In this document: piece after piece, positions 13,876 to 27,198 of the stretch | How the letters are laid out: the number at the start of each line of letters is the position of its first letter | Position numbering within the stretch: position 1 is the first letter of the stretch | Source of the DNA: Adineta vaga | Taxonomy: Eukaryota; Animalia; Rotifera | NCBI GenBank assembly: GCA_021613535.1 | Contig: CP075494.1 | Location: 16,678,001 to 16,742,000 of the forward strand | Length of the DNA stretch: 64,000 bases | Direction of reading: 5' to 3' | The notes under the pieces: generated by a model | Databases searched by the model: none | The model's input: the letters and a program-made list of their open reading frames with translations, nothing else | What the model was told of the DNA's origin: nothing | Made by a program: the position numbers and the translations under genes

Positions 13876-14819
13876 ATGGATTATAATAATGATGAATCTG
13901 GTGGGGAAAAAAAAGTAATTAGTCGTTTTATGAGACCATTAGCTTTTCCAAGAAAACGTTTAGGAAATTCTGTGGATTTACGTCATTGGATGCCATCAAT
14001 TGATGATCAAAAAGATATGAATACTTGGTAGATATTCATTAATTTACCTTCTTCTAATTTTAATTTCTTTATTTAATTTTATAGTAGTGCTTTTGTATTT
14101 GCAACTTTATGTAATTATTTATTTAAACGTTTATTTGATCGTCATATTAATGTATCTCGTTTATTTATTTATTATAATAGTCAAATAATGTATCTGCGTA
14201 CATTAGAAGTTGAAGATATAGGAGTTTATCAAATGAATGTTGCTTTAAGTTTAAGAAAATATGGAATTTGTGAAGAAAAATATTGGCCTTATAAAAAAAC
14301 ATTACTAAATAAAATACCATCGAATTTAGCATATGAACGAGCAAATCATTATACAGTTATTCCATTTTATATACCATTTAATGTAAATGCTATTGAAATG
14401 TGTTTAAATAATCAATTACCAGTTGCTATTGGGATTAGATTAAATAATGATGTTAAGACAAATATGAAATATAATAGAGGTTATTTACAAGTTCCTCATT
14501 TAAATAATTCATTTATGAAGAAATCTTTCTTACATAGTTGATTAATTGTTGGATATAATAAAGATTCACAATATTTTATTTGTAGAAATTCTTGGGGAAA
14601 TAATTGGGTAAAAGAAAACAAAATCTTTTTCTTTTTTTTTCTTTGATATTATTTATTTAATAATTTATATTGTAGAGAGATCACGGTTATTTTTATATGT
14701 CATATGAATATATAAGTCATTCTATTCTTATTAATCATCAAAATGGTTTATAGTCAATTATGAAAATAATTCCACGTACAAAGAAATTACCTATTGTACG
14801 TCGATTAGTTTTATCTTAA
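13876..14819 (+). pseudogene. Papain-family (C1A) cysteine peptidase of bacterial/xylellain-like type, two introns, premature stops
   Basis: SVDLR..IDDQKDMNT-C-SAF (Cys codon TG|T split by an intron), SRLFIYYN, GICEEKYWPY, FLHS*LIVGY, RNSWGNNW, GYFYMSYEY; TGA two codons after the catalytic His. Confidence 0.8.
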
Positions 14820-14939
14820 ATTATTCTACAATTCAAATAAATATATAAACAAGAATATCATAATCAAATTTTATTGAACATTTAGATCATAATAGTTAAT
14901 AAAGAGATTCAATTTTTATTTTAATATTAATAGATAAAG

Positions 14940-15560
14940 AGAACATTTCGATAGTGCTGATTGAAGTTGATACTATAGAATTAAAAATCGTTTTGTATTC
15001 ATGTTAAATAGGATATAATAGAAAAAATGTTCTTATACCTATGTGAACTCAGTTGAAATTAGAATGTCTGAACAATTTGTTGTTTCATCTAGAGAAAAGA
15101 TTCACATATTTTGAAAAATTTATTCATTATTGACATAACTTACGACAAAAATTTATTCCTATAAGAAAAACTTTTGAATTCGATCATTGTAAATATCAGA
15201 TTCGATGGTGACCCATTTGAACCTGTACAATCAGCAATACATCGAAATTCATTGATATTTGAAGCAACAATAAATAAATAAATAAATATCGATCAATATC
15301 AAGAAAAATTCCTCGTGATTTGTTAAGCATATACGATGTATTTATTACCAGAAGGTTTATACTATCATTTAATGATCATGTGATTACTGTCTCAGTCGTT
15401 TGAATAGAACAATATATATTATTATTGATATTGATAAAGAAACCATAATAATTAGCAGTAACATTCATAATTCTAGTACTATTAATTGAATTTAATGTTC
15501 ATTTATCAACGCGCTTATTAGAGTTACCATTGTCAACATAAATATCACCATAGTACTAGT
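14940..15560 (-). pseudogene. Decayed NHL-repeat gene fragment
   Basis: Minus frames give GDIYVDNGNSNKRVDK*, YGFFININNNIYCS, LNKSRGIFLD, FRCIADCTGSNGS with stops. Confidence 0.55.
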
Positions 15561-16363
15561 AACAAAAATAGATTTCAGTTCTTTGATTCCACCAGATATA
15601 TTTCATCGTGGAGTTATATCTCCTTCTAGCCATATTTCAATACGATTGAAATCTTTTTTCACCTATGTAAATAGTATTATTAATGTCAATGAAAAGATCA
15701 TGAGGAAATTCACCGACAGTATAGTCTCATTTGCAAAAGTTACGGCATTCGAATTCCATGTTAAACATGAGGAAAATTTCAGTTGATTGTACGAAAATCC
15801 TATAGTAAAATATTAGTTAAGATAATTTGAAAATCATCACTTTATCTATTATTTATTAAACTATTAGGAAAATATGTATGTATATAATGACGCAAACCTA
15901 TCATATTCATTCTTGTTTTGATAATGACAATAAAAGAAAAATGATGTTATTATGAATAAATAGTCAACATTCTGTCCAAAACTTTAATAAACTTATAGAG
16001 AGAACATATTCTTGAGGACGCATGTGTGAATTTATGCTAAGGATATGAGTTGTTGATTTGAATGAGAGTGCAGAGATGAAAATGAAGTTGAGAATAAATC
16101 CCAATGAAAGGAGTAAATATGACAAAAATATCCGAGAAGAACCAAACTCTATTAGAGAGTATTCAAGCGTTTTGAGGGAGACAATTCCATTTGATGTTAA
16201 ATTAGATTTTCAAATAAATTTATATGTTAGTGAATATAATGAAGCTAAAGTTTTAAAATATGAAAAATTATAAAAATGAATTCATCGATTGATGATTTTT
16301 TATATTCATTTTTTTATTTAAATATTAAATGCATCGTGTTTCAATTCTATCTTATATTTCACG

Positions 16364-16417
16364 AAGGGTGTGGGTAGAGATCTTAAATGAATGTATAGCA
16401 CTCACACCCACACCCTT
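16364..16417. repeat. Inverted telomere-like repeat hairpin H4
   Basis: AAGGGTGTGGGTAGAG-20 nt-ACTCACACCCACACCCTT; 12-bp perfect outer stem. Confidence 0.88.
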
Positions 16418-17048
16418 TTTATATTATGCTATGTCATATTCATTATTATATGAATATAATCGATTAATAGGTGAACTTTATAATCATCTTATCAAGAAGA
16501 TTTAAAAACTTAACTATACATAATGATATAGATCAACATCAATTTTAGATGATCAAACATTGTATATATATATATATTACAAAATGAATTAGAAACTCTT
16601 AGTGATCTTCTACCGAAACACGGTACACGTCATTTATATTCAAGTGGTTTATGTTATATGAAAGAAAATGCTTATTACCAAGTATTAATTATGTGAAAGA
16701 AAGCTTTAAACATTCGTTTCAATATATCTTTTATTTAAAATTTGTTAAAATAATGAATTGTATGTTTTATTAATGTTATTCATACCGAAGGAAATACAAA
16801 TATTTAAAAACATGTCAATGTATATCGAATATTTCTATAGGTAAGAGTTTTTTCTTATGTTACAGAATAAAATTAGATTTTCTAGAAGAGAATTTATATA
16901 ACATATGTATCAATAATAATATTCTTATCGTAAATAAACTAAAAAGCATAGATTTTTATATTTGAGAAAATATATTGTTGATTAAATGACTTTCATATCA
17001 TTTGAATAAAAAAGAATAAAATACAAGAGAAGTAAATATCTCAATTAA

Positions 17049-17596
17049 ATGGCTTTTGAAAATCGAAAAATCTTATTTATTGCCAGTGGTATATTAGCTA
17101 TAACTGCTATTTTATATATAATTGCCAATGGTTTACCTATATGGTTTGTATAGATTTTCTTTTCTTTATTTATTTTCATATATTTAGGACAAAGAGCTCT
17201 GGGACATCAGTGTCAATTACAGTTGGATTATGGCAAGTATGTAGATTACAAGGAGCTAAATTGTCATGTATCAGTTTACCAACAGAAGTTGTAAGTGATA
17301 AAATAAAGGCAGCACGTGCATTTATGACAATATGTAGTATTTTATGTCCATTATCTATTATATCTATAATATCGATTATATCTGTTAATGAAAATGTGAA
17401 GAAAAATATCTCGTTTTTGTCTAAAGGTCTTGCAATTGCAAGTCTTATTAGTGGAATTATTGGAGTTTCTCTTGGAATTAGTTTTAGTGTTAATGAAATA
17501 AATGCAGGTGCTAGTATGGGTGTATCATGTATATTAGCAATTATTGGACTTGTATTTAATATTATTGGTACTATTATAACATTTTTTATTAAATAA
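17049..17596 (+). CDS. Claudin/PMP22/EMP-family tetraspan membrane protein (exons 17049-17143, 17188-17596)
   Basis: MAFENRKILFIASGILAITAILYIIANGLPIW...VGLWQVC...SC...AARAF; W-GLW-C-C signature and 4 TM helices. Confidence 0.85.
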
Positions 17597-18042
17597 AAAT
17601 TATTTCTTTAAAAAAACAAATCATTAATGACTTTTTTTGCTTTCTTTGTTTTTTGTGTAATGATCATAAAAAAGAGAAATAAATATTCAAGATTATCCAA
17701 CATATTTCTATAGAAAATGTTTACTTTATGTTAAAAATTCAAATACTTCAAAGTATTCAAAAGTAGTGGTAACAACATTTTACGACCATTTCATATAGGC
17801 TCAAAAAATTATCAAAACAACAAAATTCTTTTAAGATTACTTTGTCGCTCATGTGCAATGATTAAATACCTCCATATCGTTATACTGACATGTATTTTTC
17901 TTCTTTTCACAAGCTTTACCCTTTATTCTTGTTAGTAAACATAGGTTCAAAGTAATGGTCTTCGTTATTCACACACAATTGTATTCTTCAAACGTTTTCT
18001 TTCTTAAAAATTCAATTAATAAAACGTCACAAGGAATCAGAT

Positions 18043-18130
18043 AAAAGGGTGTGGGTGAGAAACAGGTGAATATCCATACCTTCAACCTCAACCACCGCCA
18101 TACAGTCACAGTCACACCCCCCACCCTTTT
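18043..18130. repeat. Inverted telomere-like repeat hairpin H5
   Basis: AAAAGGGTGTGGGTGAGA-spacer-...CACAGTCACACCCCCCACCCTTTT. Confidence 0.8.
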
Positions 18131-18277
18131 AATTCAAAATTTCTGATACATATTTTGGTATTACACAAGTCGTTATGTATGACTCATGTATATGTCAATC
18201 AATGGTGCAATAACATATTTTGTCATTTGGAAATTATATGAATCGTTCTTTTGACGATAGAAAAAGTAACTTCGAAT

Positions 18278-19682
18278 ATGTTGGTGACAAGTTTTGAAAA
18301 TTTGTCCGATGAAATCATTATGATCATTATGGAGTATTCCGGTGATATTTATTCTGTGTTAAAAACATATCTTGGATTAAATAATCGTCTAAATAATATT
18401 CTTTGTGATCGACGTTCTCATTATTGGACTCAGTTTTTTTGTATTTAAATAGAAGTTTTGAAGAAGATTTCACTCATATAAATGATTCTTCAGTGTTTCA
18501 AGATCTAATATTATTGAGCATTTTAAAAGAAGATACATTCAATTCGGCAATGAATTTAAGTTAAAAATGACCATGTTTCTATCTCAACACATTCATTACA
18601 ATCGTCAGCAAACAAAACATCTTCGTTGTCAACTCAGAAATCAAACTGAATAATTAAATAATTGAAAAAGTCTTCATATGACAAATATTAATCAAATTAA
18701 TTCTTTAATATTCACAAATAGTCTTTATATTGATGATTACACATTGAAAACATGTAATATATTTTCTTCAAATCATTCTTTCATACAATTTTTTTCTCAT
18801 CAACAATTAGTCCTAACAAAATCTCGATTACTTCATATAAATTTAATTAATATATTCAAAGCATTAACTATTTCACATGTTTATTATTTAAAATATATTT
18901 ATTTCAATAATCATTGTATATCCATGAATATACATGGCTATTTCTATCTTATGAATCATTTAAAAAGCATGAAATACAATATAACATTGTATCAGATCAT
19001 AATCGATCTCATTCTTTTCTCAATTTAAGCTTTAATTTCTACATTTGATGATCAATATTGGTTCGAATCCATTTGTTTCGATAAATACATTATGAATGAT
19101 AATATTTGTTTCCAAACAATCCAAAAAGAAGTCTTAAAATTATTATTTGTTGAATATACAACGAAAATGAAGATAAATTTATTGAAAAAGACAAATGAAA
19201 GATTTTTTCAATTGATCGATTATTTCATAAAACACGATCGAATCGAAGAAATCATCTTTTTGATTTAACACTTGCAAGTCAACGAGGAAGATATTTATTG
19301 AATAGATTTCTCAATGAGAAATTACTATGGAATCTTTCTATACAAACAAATAAACAATGTTTATTTTATCTATTAAATAATACAGAAAATGGATTTATTA
19401 AACATTTAATCTATCTCTTTAGATGATGATGGAAATGATCTTTTATTATATATTTGTCTTAAAGTTAATGGTGGTCGATTTTTACTTATTCAATATCTGA
19501 TTAAAATTGGATGTTATCAACAGAAAGCAAACTTTCATGGTCAGACGTTGAATGATATTTTAGACATGGAAAAAAATCGACAACTTTTGAAATTTTTAAA
19601 AACTGAACAATTAATGCAAATGAATCCTGAAACTAATAAATGGCAATTTATCTCTACTTTCAGACACATGAATTTACATTAA
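18278..19682 (+). pseudogene. F-box + C-terminal ankyrin-repeat gene, heavily frameshifted
   Basis: N-term FENLSDEIIMIIMEY..LGLNNRLN; C-term DDDGNDLLLYICLK..LIQYLIKIG..NFHGQT; many stops between. Confidence 0.6.
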
Positions 19683-19760
19683 TAATTGATTATAAGAAAT
19701 ATCCTACAATATGATATGATATCACGTGATTGTAGGATGTAAGTCAATGTATCTCATCTT

Positions 19761-19778
19761 CACACACACTCACACCCT
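19761..19778. repeat. C-rich half-site of telomere-like hairpin (H6)
   Basis: CACACACACTCACACCCT just downstream of the F-box/ANK pseudogene; G-rich arm decayed. Confidence 0.45.
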
Positions 19779-21071
19779 ATTAAAGATATCTATTCTATAA
19801 AAATATTCATGTTACACTAATATCTCAAATCCAAGACTTTTGATATTATTGCATGCCTAACAATCAGACATGTTTTCTTTCCGAATATTATTTCGAAAGT
19901 GTGCACTGTTGAACTAATTCTTATACAAAGATATTGTGTAGATGCTACATGTTTCATGAGATGATTTTAGATAGAAGAGGCTCCATCGCTAATGAATCTA
20001 CGCTTTCCTTTATTTCTTCATATCACATGTCGCATCGTTCTCATACAAAATAATGACTTATTTACTCTTCTAAAGCAGAAAAGGGCAAAGTATCATAAGA
20101 ATCGAATGCAAAATAAAGACAAAGATAGGGATGTAACGCTTTTCACTGACTTCATTATATTTCAATCATGAAATTTAATATTTTTTGTATCTATAAGAAA
20201 AAAATTGAAAACTATAATTTGTTTCCTTTCTGATGAGGCACCCTCATCGATTCATAATGGATTATTTGAAAGATTATTACTATACTCTAAAACACTGTTA
20301 ATAACGATCTCTTTTTTTTGCATAAATTTGCATTTGCACTTTATTAAACGTCAATCTGTCACAACTACTTCACTGCCAGTGGGTTTATTACAATTTTTTT
20401 AATTTTTATAAAAAAAGTTTATGAGCGAATAAACGTTACAAGAAATTATAATCTGAAATTAATTACATTCTAATTTTTCTCCGACATTTTAAGCCGTGTT
20501 TATGGCATAATTATGACATGTTTATATGAAAAGCATTTCAACCAAAGAACTCAAGAACAGTATGTGCGTCATACTATTTATAATACTTAAGATTTTTTAA
20601 TTGTTAAGAGAAGTTTCATGAGCCCATCAAAAAACTCAATTTTATGGTCGCAATTAATATATCATTTTTTTCGTCACTTCAACCCTCACGCAAAACTGAG
20701 GTTATGAAAGATTTTTTAAACTTTTATACTGTAATCTGATAGAGCTATAGGTATTGAAACAACGAGGAGTCTGCAAACTGAAAGAAAAGAAGCATCTCTA
20801 GTATTTTGCCTATATCTTGGGCATATTTTATCCGTTTTTTTTCGGCCAACGTCTCATTTGTATATTTACTTGGTCAAATTCTTCCAATGACTTTTTCACA
20901 GAAATTTTCAATGATGAATAATCACTTCTTCTCTGCTTCTCTCTTTACATAATTATAACCTAGAGTTATAAAAAGACAAAAAAAAAAGAGAAAAAGAATC
21001 TATATATACGTCTGTCGGAGTCTTCTGTTTCATATTTTATTATTAAACAGCAGAGATTAATTTGCAACAAT

Positions 21072-22239
21072 ATGGAAAATACATCTGCTGTGCTCCTTCA
21101 GTCCCGCGATAAAATCACCTATGAGGACTATTACTATCCACCTCTTGCTACTAAATTTTATTCGTGGGGTTATCTCAGTTTATTCATTCTTGGTTATACT
21201 GGCAATAGTGCTAGCCTACTTACATTTACTCGACCAATACTAAGAGCGAGTTCAACTGGTACATTATACATTGCCTTAGCTATCTCAGATATATGTTTTT
21301 TATCTGCATTAATTTTTGATTTTATTAATTATGGTTTACGATTTCAACTATATACACTCATTGATCTCAATTTTATATGTCGCTGGCGTGAGTTTCTGAT
21401 GAATGCAAGTCAATTCTGTTCAGCATGGATTCTTGTCATTATTGCAATGGATCGATGGATTCGCACACGATTTCCATACAAATCACCTGCTATTTGCACT
21501 CGAAAGAAAGCTTTGATAGCTATAGCTATTCTCTATAGTATCACCATAGGTCTTCATGTCATGTTCTTGACATCATTGTTTGGATCAACAGGTGTTACGA
21601 TACCATTTTTTGATTGTGCACCAATATCGGATGTATCAAATGATTTTGTCAGTTTTTATCTTCTAACATGGCGTATTCTACAAGTAAGATACTTTCATAT
21701 TGATCATTTGTTAATAAGTTCATGTCATTGATATAGTCATCGATCAGTTGTCTTGTTCCTGCTGGATTAATATTATTTTTTGTTGTTGATATGTTTATCA
21801 AGATACGTCTTCGAAAAACCGCTGTACATCAACAAATGAATGGTCAAAACCGAAATCAAACAGTGAGACATAATAATCGTGTACAAAATCAATTATTTCT
21901 TCTCATGCTGTCAACTGTCATCATATTTTTCACTATAACTGTTCCGATTGGTGTATATCGTATTCTGTTTTTTCGTATGTTGTTATTTTCCGATGATGTG
22001 GATATTCCATTTATGACAAATTTACTTGTTATTTTAACTTGGTTGTTGGGTATAAATTATGCAGTAAGTCTAAAATATTAGAGAAATGAAACTAATTTGA
22101 TTCTATTTAGATAAACTTCTATGTTCATTGCTTAACTTCAACATTATTTCGCAAAGAATTCAAGAAATGTTTCAGTTTTTTATGCATCTTATGTCAAAGA
22201 AGAGGAGCTCGTGTGGATATCGTTCCAGTCATGCACTAA
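21072..22239 (+). CDS. Rhodopsin-like (class A) GPCR, peptide-receptor-like (exons 21072-21683, 21737-22063, 22111-22239)
   Basis: GN in TM1, LAISD in TM2, C..SAWILVIIAMDRW, CLVP in TM5, NYAINFYVHCL..FRKEF; GT-AG introns in phase 0. Confidence 0.9.
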
Positions 22240-22515
22240 GCCAGAATAAACAAAAATTTACAGAGATAAAAGTGCTAATTGTGTTTTAGTTTTAACAGTA
22301 GAACGATGAAAGTTATTTTTTTAATCCAAATGTGGAAAAAAGGACCTTCTTTACTCTTAATTATACGTATTTTTTCGGTACTTTCACACAGAATATTATA
22401 TTAACAACGGATTTTTCTCAAATACTCTCAATAGAAACCTAGGAATCATTATTTTTTCGTTCTCAAATAAAAATCATCTAAAACAGATTTTATCGATAAC
22501 TACTCCATTAAACTA

Positions 22516-24127
22516 CACTCTAAAAAAGGGTTTATAACGAATCTATAGAGGATCTGACCGCGGATACACGCTCCGAACCTCACTTGGTTTCGCGAGATGA
22601 GACTTTCGTATGAAACTTTTATCTAAATTCTGAGAAAAATGGTTTCGTACACAAGGTTCCGTACGAAACTTTTACCGGAAAAAAATGAAAGGCTTCGAAT
22701 CGAAAGTTCAGTACCAAACCTTTCTAGGAAAAATTTAAGAAGGTTTCGTATTGAAGCTCCAGTACAGAATCTTCGCAATTATGACGATGAAAAGGTTCGG
22801 TACAAATAGTTTTGTAGAATACTCCTTTTGACATTGTCGAAATAAAGGATTCGTCGAGATGATTTTGCAGAAAATCCCACTTTATTCTCTACCCACTGGA
22901 AACATGCTAGGAAGTAATAAATCATCTTTGAGTTGAGCTCCTGTGTATAGCATAGATCTCGATAAGATAACACGAATCTGCTATGATATCCTTGGTCAGG
23001 TCTTCTACTGGAAGTTGTTCTTATGTAACTATACTTTTACTTGAATGCTAACAAGAAATCGTACACGGTTGCATACCAGATAGGTCTGAATAAAGCATAC
23101 AAACCTCAATAGAGCAAGCACAAACAAATTTTCATTCAAAAGCATCAGTCCTTTCTGTTGTGTTTTATGATATTTAATATCATATATAACGGAGATTTCC
23201 ATTAAGTTCTCGAATGAAAATTTGTCTGTGCTCGCTCTATTGAGGTTTGTATGCTTTATTCAAACCTATCTGGTGTGCAGCATTCACGCTCAAAATCAAG
23301 TTCGCAGCCGTGTACGATTTCTTGTTAGCATTCAAATAAAAGTATAGTAACATAAGGGTCACTAATATATTCACGCAAATGTATTTAAACGTTAATATAG
23401 TTGTAGCACAATTCTAAAATACAGACATAAATATTTATATGATCAAAGAAACTCCCTACGAAACCCAGAATAGCCATTGGCCTAGAAAAGAAACTGAAAA
23501 AATCACATAAGTCCACAAGAAATTAAAGTTATCCTGGTGTACTTTTACACTGTTTAACCACATTTTCGTCTCAGTAATAGTCGACGACGAGATAAGAAAT
23601 TCTCTGACGGACGGTTTGTTTTGAACTGGCTTAGTCGGTCAGTGATAGTCATTGATGACATAGATGACATCTATCTCACCGTCAATACAAGTTCAGAGTA
23701 GCTGCGTTCTTCAGGGTTATCACTTATTTTTCAGTCACAATGATTCTCGATATGCTCTATAGATTTCGAATGGTTAATACGGTCGCACAATTAGTTTCGT
23801 ACTACAGAAAAGAGTTTTCTATGTAGAGTATGCTAACCTTACGCTGTGTCGTGTGTGATCGGAAGTTTCGGTATACAATTATCCAAACCTTCAAGAGTTT
23901 AGTACATCTGATGATGGCTCGACATCCTGTTCACAAAGCCATGAACAGTTCAATAAATGATCCAAGCGTTTGGTATATATTTTACGCAATCAGAAACAGT
24001 TCCGTAGATCTCTTTATGGTTCAGCATGAATCTTGCAAAACCATTTTTATTCTGCGGACCTTAAAATCGTTTCGTGGGTGTATACTAAACCTGTAAAATT
24101 CGGTAAAACACCTTTTTTTTTAGAGTG
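22516..24127. mobile_element. Non-autonomous CACTA/EnSpm-like element
   Basis: Termini CACTCTAAAAAAGG ... CCTTTTTTTTTAGAGTG; repeated GTTTCGTAC/GTACGAAAC subterminal motifs; no transposase; TSD not clean. Confidence 0.65.
23020..23356. mobile_element. Foldback MITE nested in the CACTA-like element
   Basis: ~120 bp inverted arms CTTATGTAACTATACTTTTACTTGAATGCTAACAAGAAATCGTACACGG... / ...CCGTGTACGATTTCTTGTTAGCATTCAAATAAAAGTATAGTAACATAAG. Confidence 0.75.
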
Positions 24128-24145
24128 AAGAAGAAATGCCTTGAT

Positions 24146-24162
24146 CCACACTCACATCCTCA
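24146..24162. repeat. Possible C-rich half-site of telomere-like hairpin (H7)
   Basis: CCACACTCACATCCTCA between the CACTA end and the innexin 3' end. Confidence 0.3.
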
Positions 24163-24321
24163 GTTATTCGTCTGTAGACGACAACTTTAAACTGAAATAT
24201 CAGTGGAATCAACCTTTTTCAGTTACATTTACTTATAGATGAAAAAAGTTATAATCACTGGATACAGTTTGATTTACTACAATCATTTTTCACGTCAATA
24301 AAAATGTAAGCATCACTAATT

Positions 24322-25606
24322 CTACACAATATGGGTTTCGGACTGATTACCAGCATCACTAAGATCTCTTTTGTAATGTTTGTAGAGATAACTCATAGTT
24401 TGAATCATGCAAAGTTCATTAATATTCTGTCTAATGATGCGTAGAATAACAAAACCATCTAAACCTATATAATCAATAAAACGACTTTCTACCAAGCTCT
24501 TCTTTTCGATCATCAATTTTGTTTCAAAATGTTCACACATTTGCAAGCATTGACTAATGAATCTTTTTCTATTCTTCTTTGTCAATAAAATAATCCATAA
24601 AATAGTGGAAAGCATATTCGCAATACTTAGAATAATCAACCACAATGCAAGTCCAGAGAAGATTATTTCATTATAAATATTAATTGGCAAATTGCATTGC
24701 ACAGCATACCAATGTTGATTGGAGCCTAATTCGCGAATCATAAAATCACAGATCACAACATGAGGAAATCGGACAGACTCATAGGCATGCACTCGATCTG
24801 CAAATAATCGACCAATTATATTACTATCAAGATCAGTGCGTCGTAAAGAAAGAAAATTGATTAAAAATAGTAGTTGACCCAGTGTATTCATAATATAAAA
24901 AAACTTGACTATGAATAATAACGGTGTTAGTCGACCAATAGGATTTAGAACTCGAAATTTGAGACGAGGAAGAGTGCGTGAACGTATGTTGCTGGTCATA
25001 TCCAGTTGTGCTTTGATTAATCGGAAAGCATGATCGAGTTCTTTTCTGTTACAACGATCTTTTTTGATCATTTTGATCAAATTTTTCAGATTTACACCTC
25101 TTTGAGATGAAAAAGTTTGCCATGCATGACTTGGTGATGTGAATAGAAAAGCCATCAGCAGAAGAGTTATTGTCGTCCATTGGTAATAAGATCTAGATTG
25201 GTGGCATGAGAATATGGTGACCTAGTTTCCTTGAACTATCTACTTACACGACATACGTTCGTGGTACGGATCTATCAGGAATTTCAGCTAGAACAACAAT
25301 AGTTGTGACGAATGATGACTAAGAATGCGACAAAACGTACTGTCCTTAGTTGGTAAATAATAAGTTCCCTTGAGCCAACAAATACTATTAATATAAGTAA
25401 AATGGATATTCTGAAATTGTGCTATAGTAGATGAAGAACGAGCAACTATCGATTAGAAAATATGTATGATTTTCGAAACTTACTTGGTCCCCAACAATTA
25501 ATTGGATTTCCTACATAAATTTTCCCCAATACAATCAGGAAACAACCGAGCAATGCCAATGTAGTATATCGACTGTTTAAACGATCAATCACATCGGCAT
25601 CAACCT
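24322..25606 (-). CDS. Innexin (invertebrate gap-junction protein), multi-exon; first exon unresolved
   Basis: DVIDRLNSRYT..YVGNPINCW, YINSICW, YYQW, FPHVVICDF, VQCNLPINIYNE..WL. Confidence 0.9.
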
Positions 25607-26809
25607 GGAAGAGTGACTTATAAATAAAGAGTGTTTCTATTTCAATCTTCATCTAATGATCAGTGGTTGTATGTGCACGTCCGAAAAGAAAATTTGATGT
25701 ACTTAACAATTGTATTTTATTCGTTCGTTACGTCTCTATTGATTGTTCTTTTTAACATACCAATATATTTATTTCTATTTGTTCTCTCTATAATTATACA
25801 TCGTACTTGACAAAGTAATGTTAGATGTGCAAATATTGTACTGATTGATGACATTATCAAATGATATTTGAAATTTAATTTCAAACATAGTTCTCACTTC
25901 GTACGCTCTAATAGAACCGTTCTGAATTCTATTAAATAATAGTCATCATGTCATAGACTTGAATATGTGGCTTTGTTCATGCAGTCGTTATACTTTTGTC
26001 TCGTTGCAACAATCGAAAGTAGTTTTCTGATAAACTATTCACAATTCGATTAAGAGCATCTTCCATAGCTTACCTTACGATTTTGGAATCTTGGTTTTAA
26101 TTTTCTGCTAGATAATGACTCAAAATAACTCTTTGAATACCGGCGACACATATATGTGTGTAAACATGGCTTACCGAATATGGCTTTTCAATTAAACAAA
26201 CAAAAGAATCCAATGAAGATTAAGAGAGTGAGAGTGATAAATACCAGTGAAAAAAGCAAATAAAGTAAAAATAACTGTCTTAGTAGATATAAGAAAACAT
26301 ATTGTACAAGAAAAGGACCAGAGATACGATGAATTTGGTCTAAATTGATATAATGGATGATAATGTAAGAAAATTACGCCTTATCTAATTCAATGTTGAT
26401 GTTGATTGATTTTTCCGTCTATTTTCGTCCTAAATTCTCTTTTTAAAATGATTAGAAAAGAATTTCGTTGATAAACTTCGTGTATAAAAATGGTATAATA
26501 AAAAACATGTTGAATATCTTCGTGGTTATTTCAATGATCTGTCAAATCGAATTCTTGATTGGGCAAAAATGAAACAAACAAGAATTTCGTTCAAAACGAA
26601 TTAAATTCAAATCAATTTGTCGAAATAACATCAAAGAACAACGTTCATTTTATCCTGAATGGATTGAAATTTCGAATCTATTTCAATATGAATTTCATGG
26701 TCCATTATTAAATCTTCGAAATAATCTCAGTGAACTTCATCGATTTAATTCGATTGATCAACAAACATATGTTATTGAAATACAAATGTTACTTTATATA
26801 ATACAAATA

Positions 26810-26849
26810 TTGAGGGTGGGGTGTAGGTGTGAATACAAGAGATCCTCAA
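26810..26849. repeat. Inverted telomere-like repeat H8 (short right arm)
   Basis: TTGAGGGTGGGGTGTAGGTGTG-12 nt-CCTCAA. Confidence 0.6.
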
Positions 26850-27143
26850 GGTCAACATTCTCATATCTGTCCGTGTTCAAAACAGATAAGATCCTTACGT
26901 ATAATTGAATATTTACAATCATAAGTAGAAAGAAAATGATTTCTATGAATAATAAAAACGAAAAATCTTAAGAAGAACAGAAAAATATTATTTTCTTCAT
27001 TTACAATCTTAAAGTCAAACAATTAATAAAGATTGTTGATTAATCATTTTTATAATATACATTGTATATAACTTGTTCCTTATTGGTTAATGACGCCATA
27101 AATCTAGATCGTCTATACTTTGATCAATTTCTAATAGAATCGA

Positions 27144-27198
27144 TTGAGGGTGTGGGTTTGGGTATACCTTCTTGACTCACATCTACACCCATACCCTT
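27144..27198. repeat. Inverted telomere-like repeat hairpin H9
   Basis: TTGAGGGTGTGGGTTTGGGT-11 nt-ACTCACATCTACACCCATACCCTT. Confidence 0.85.
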
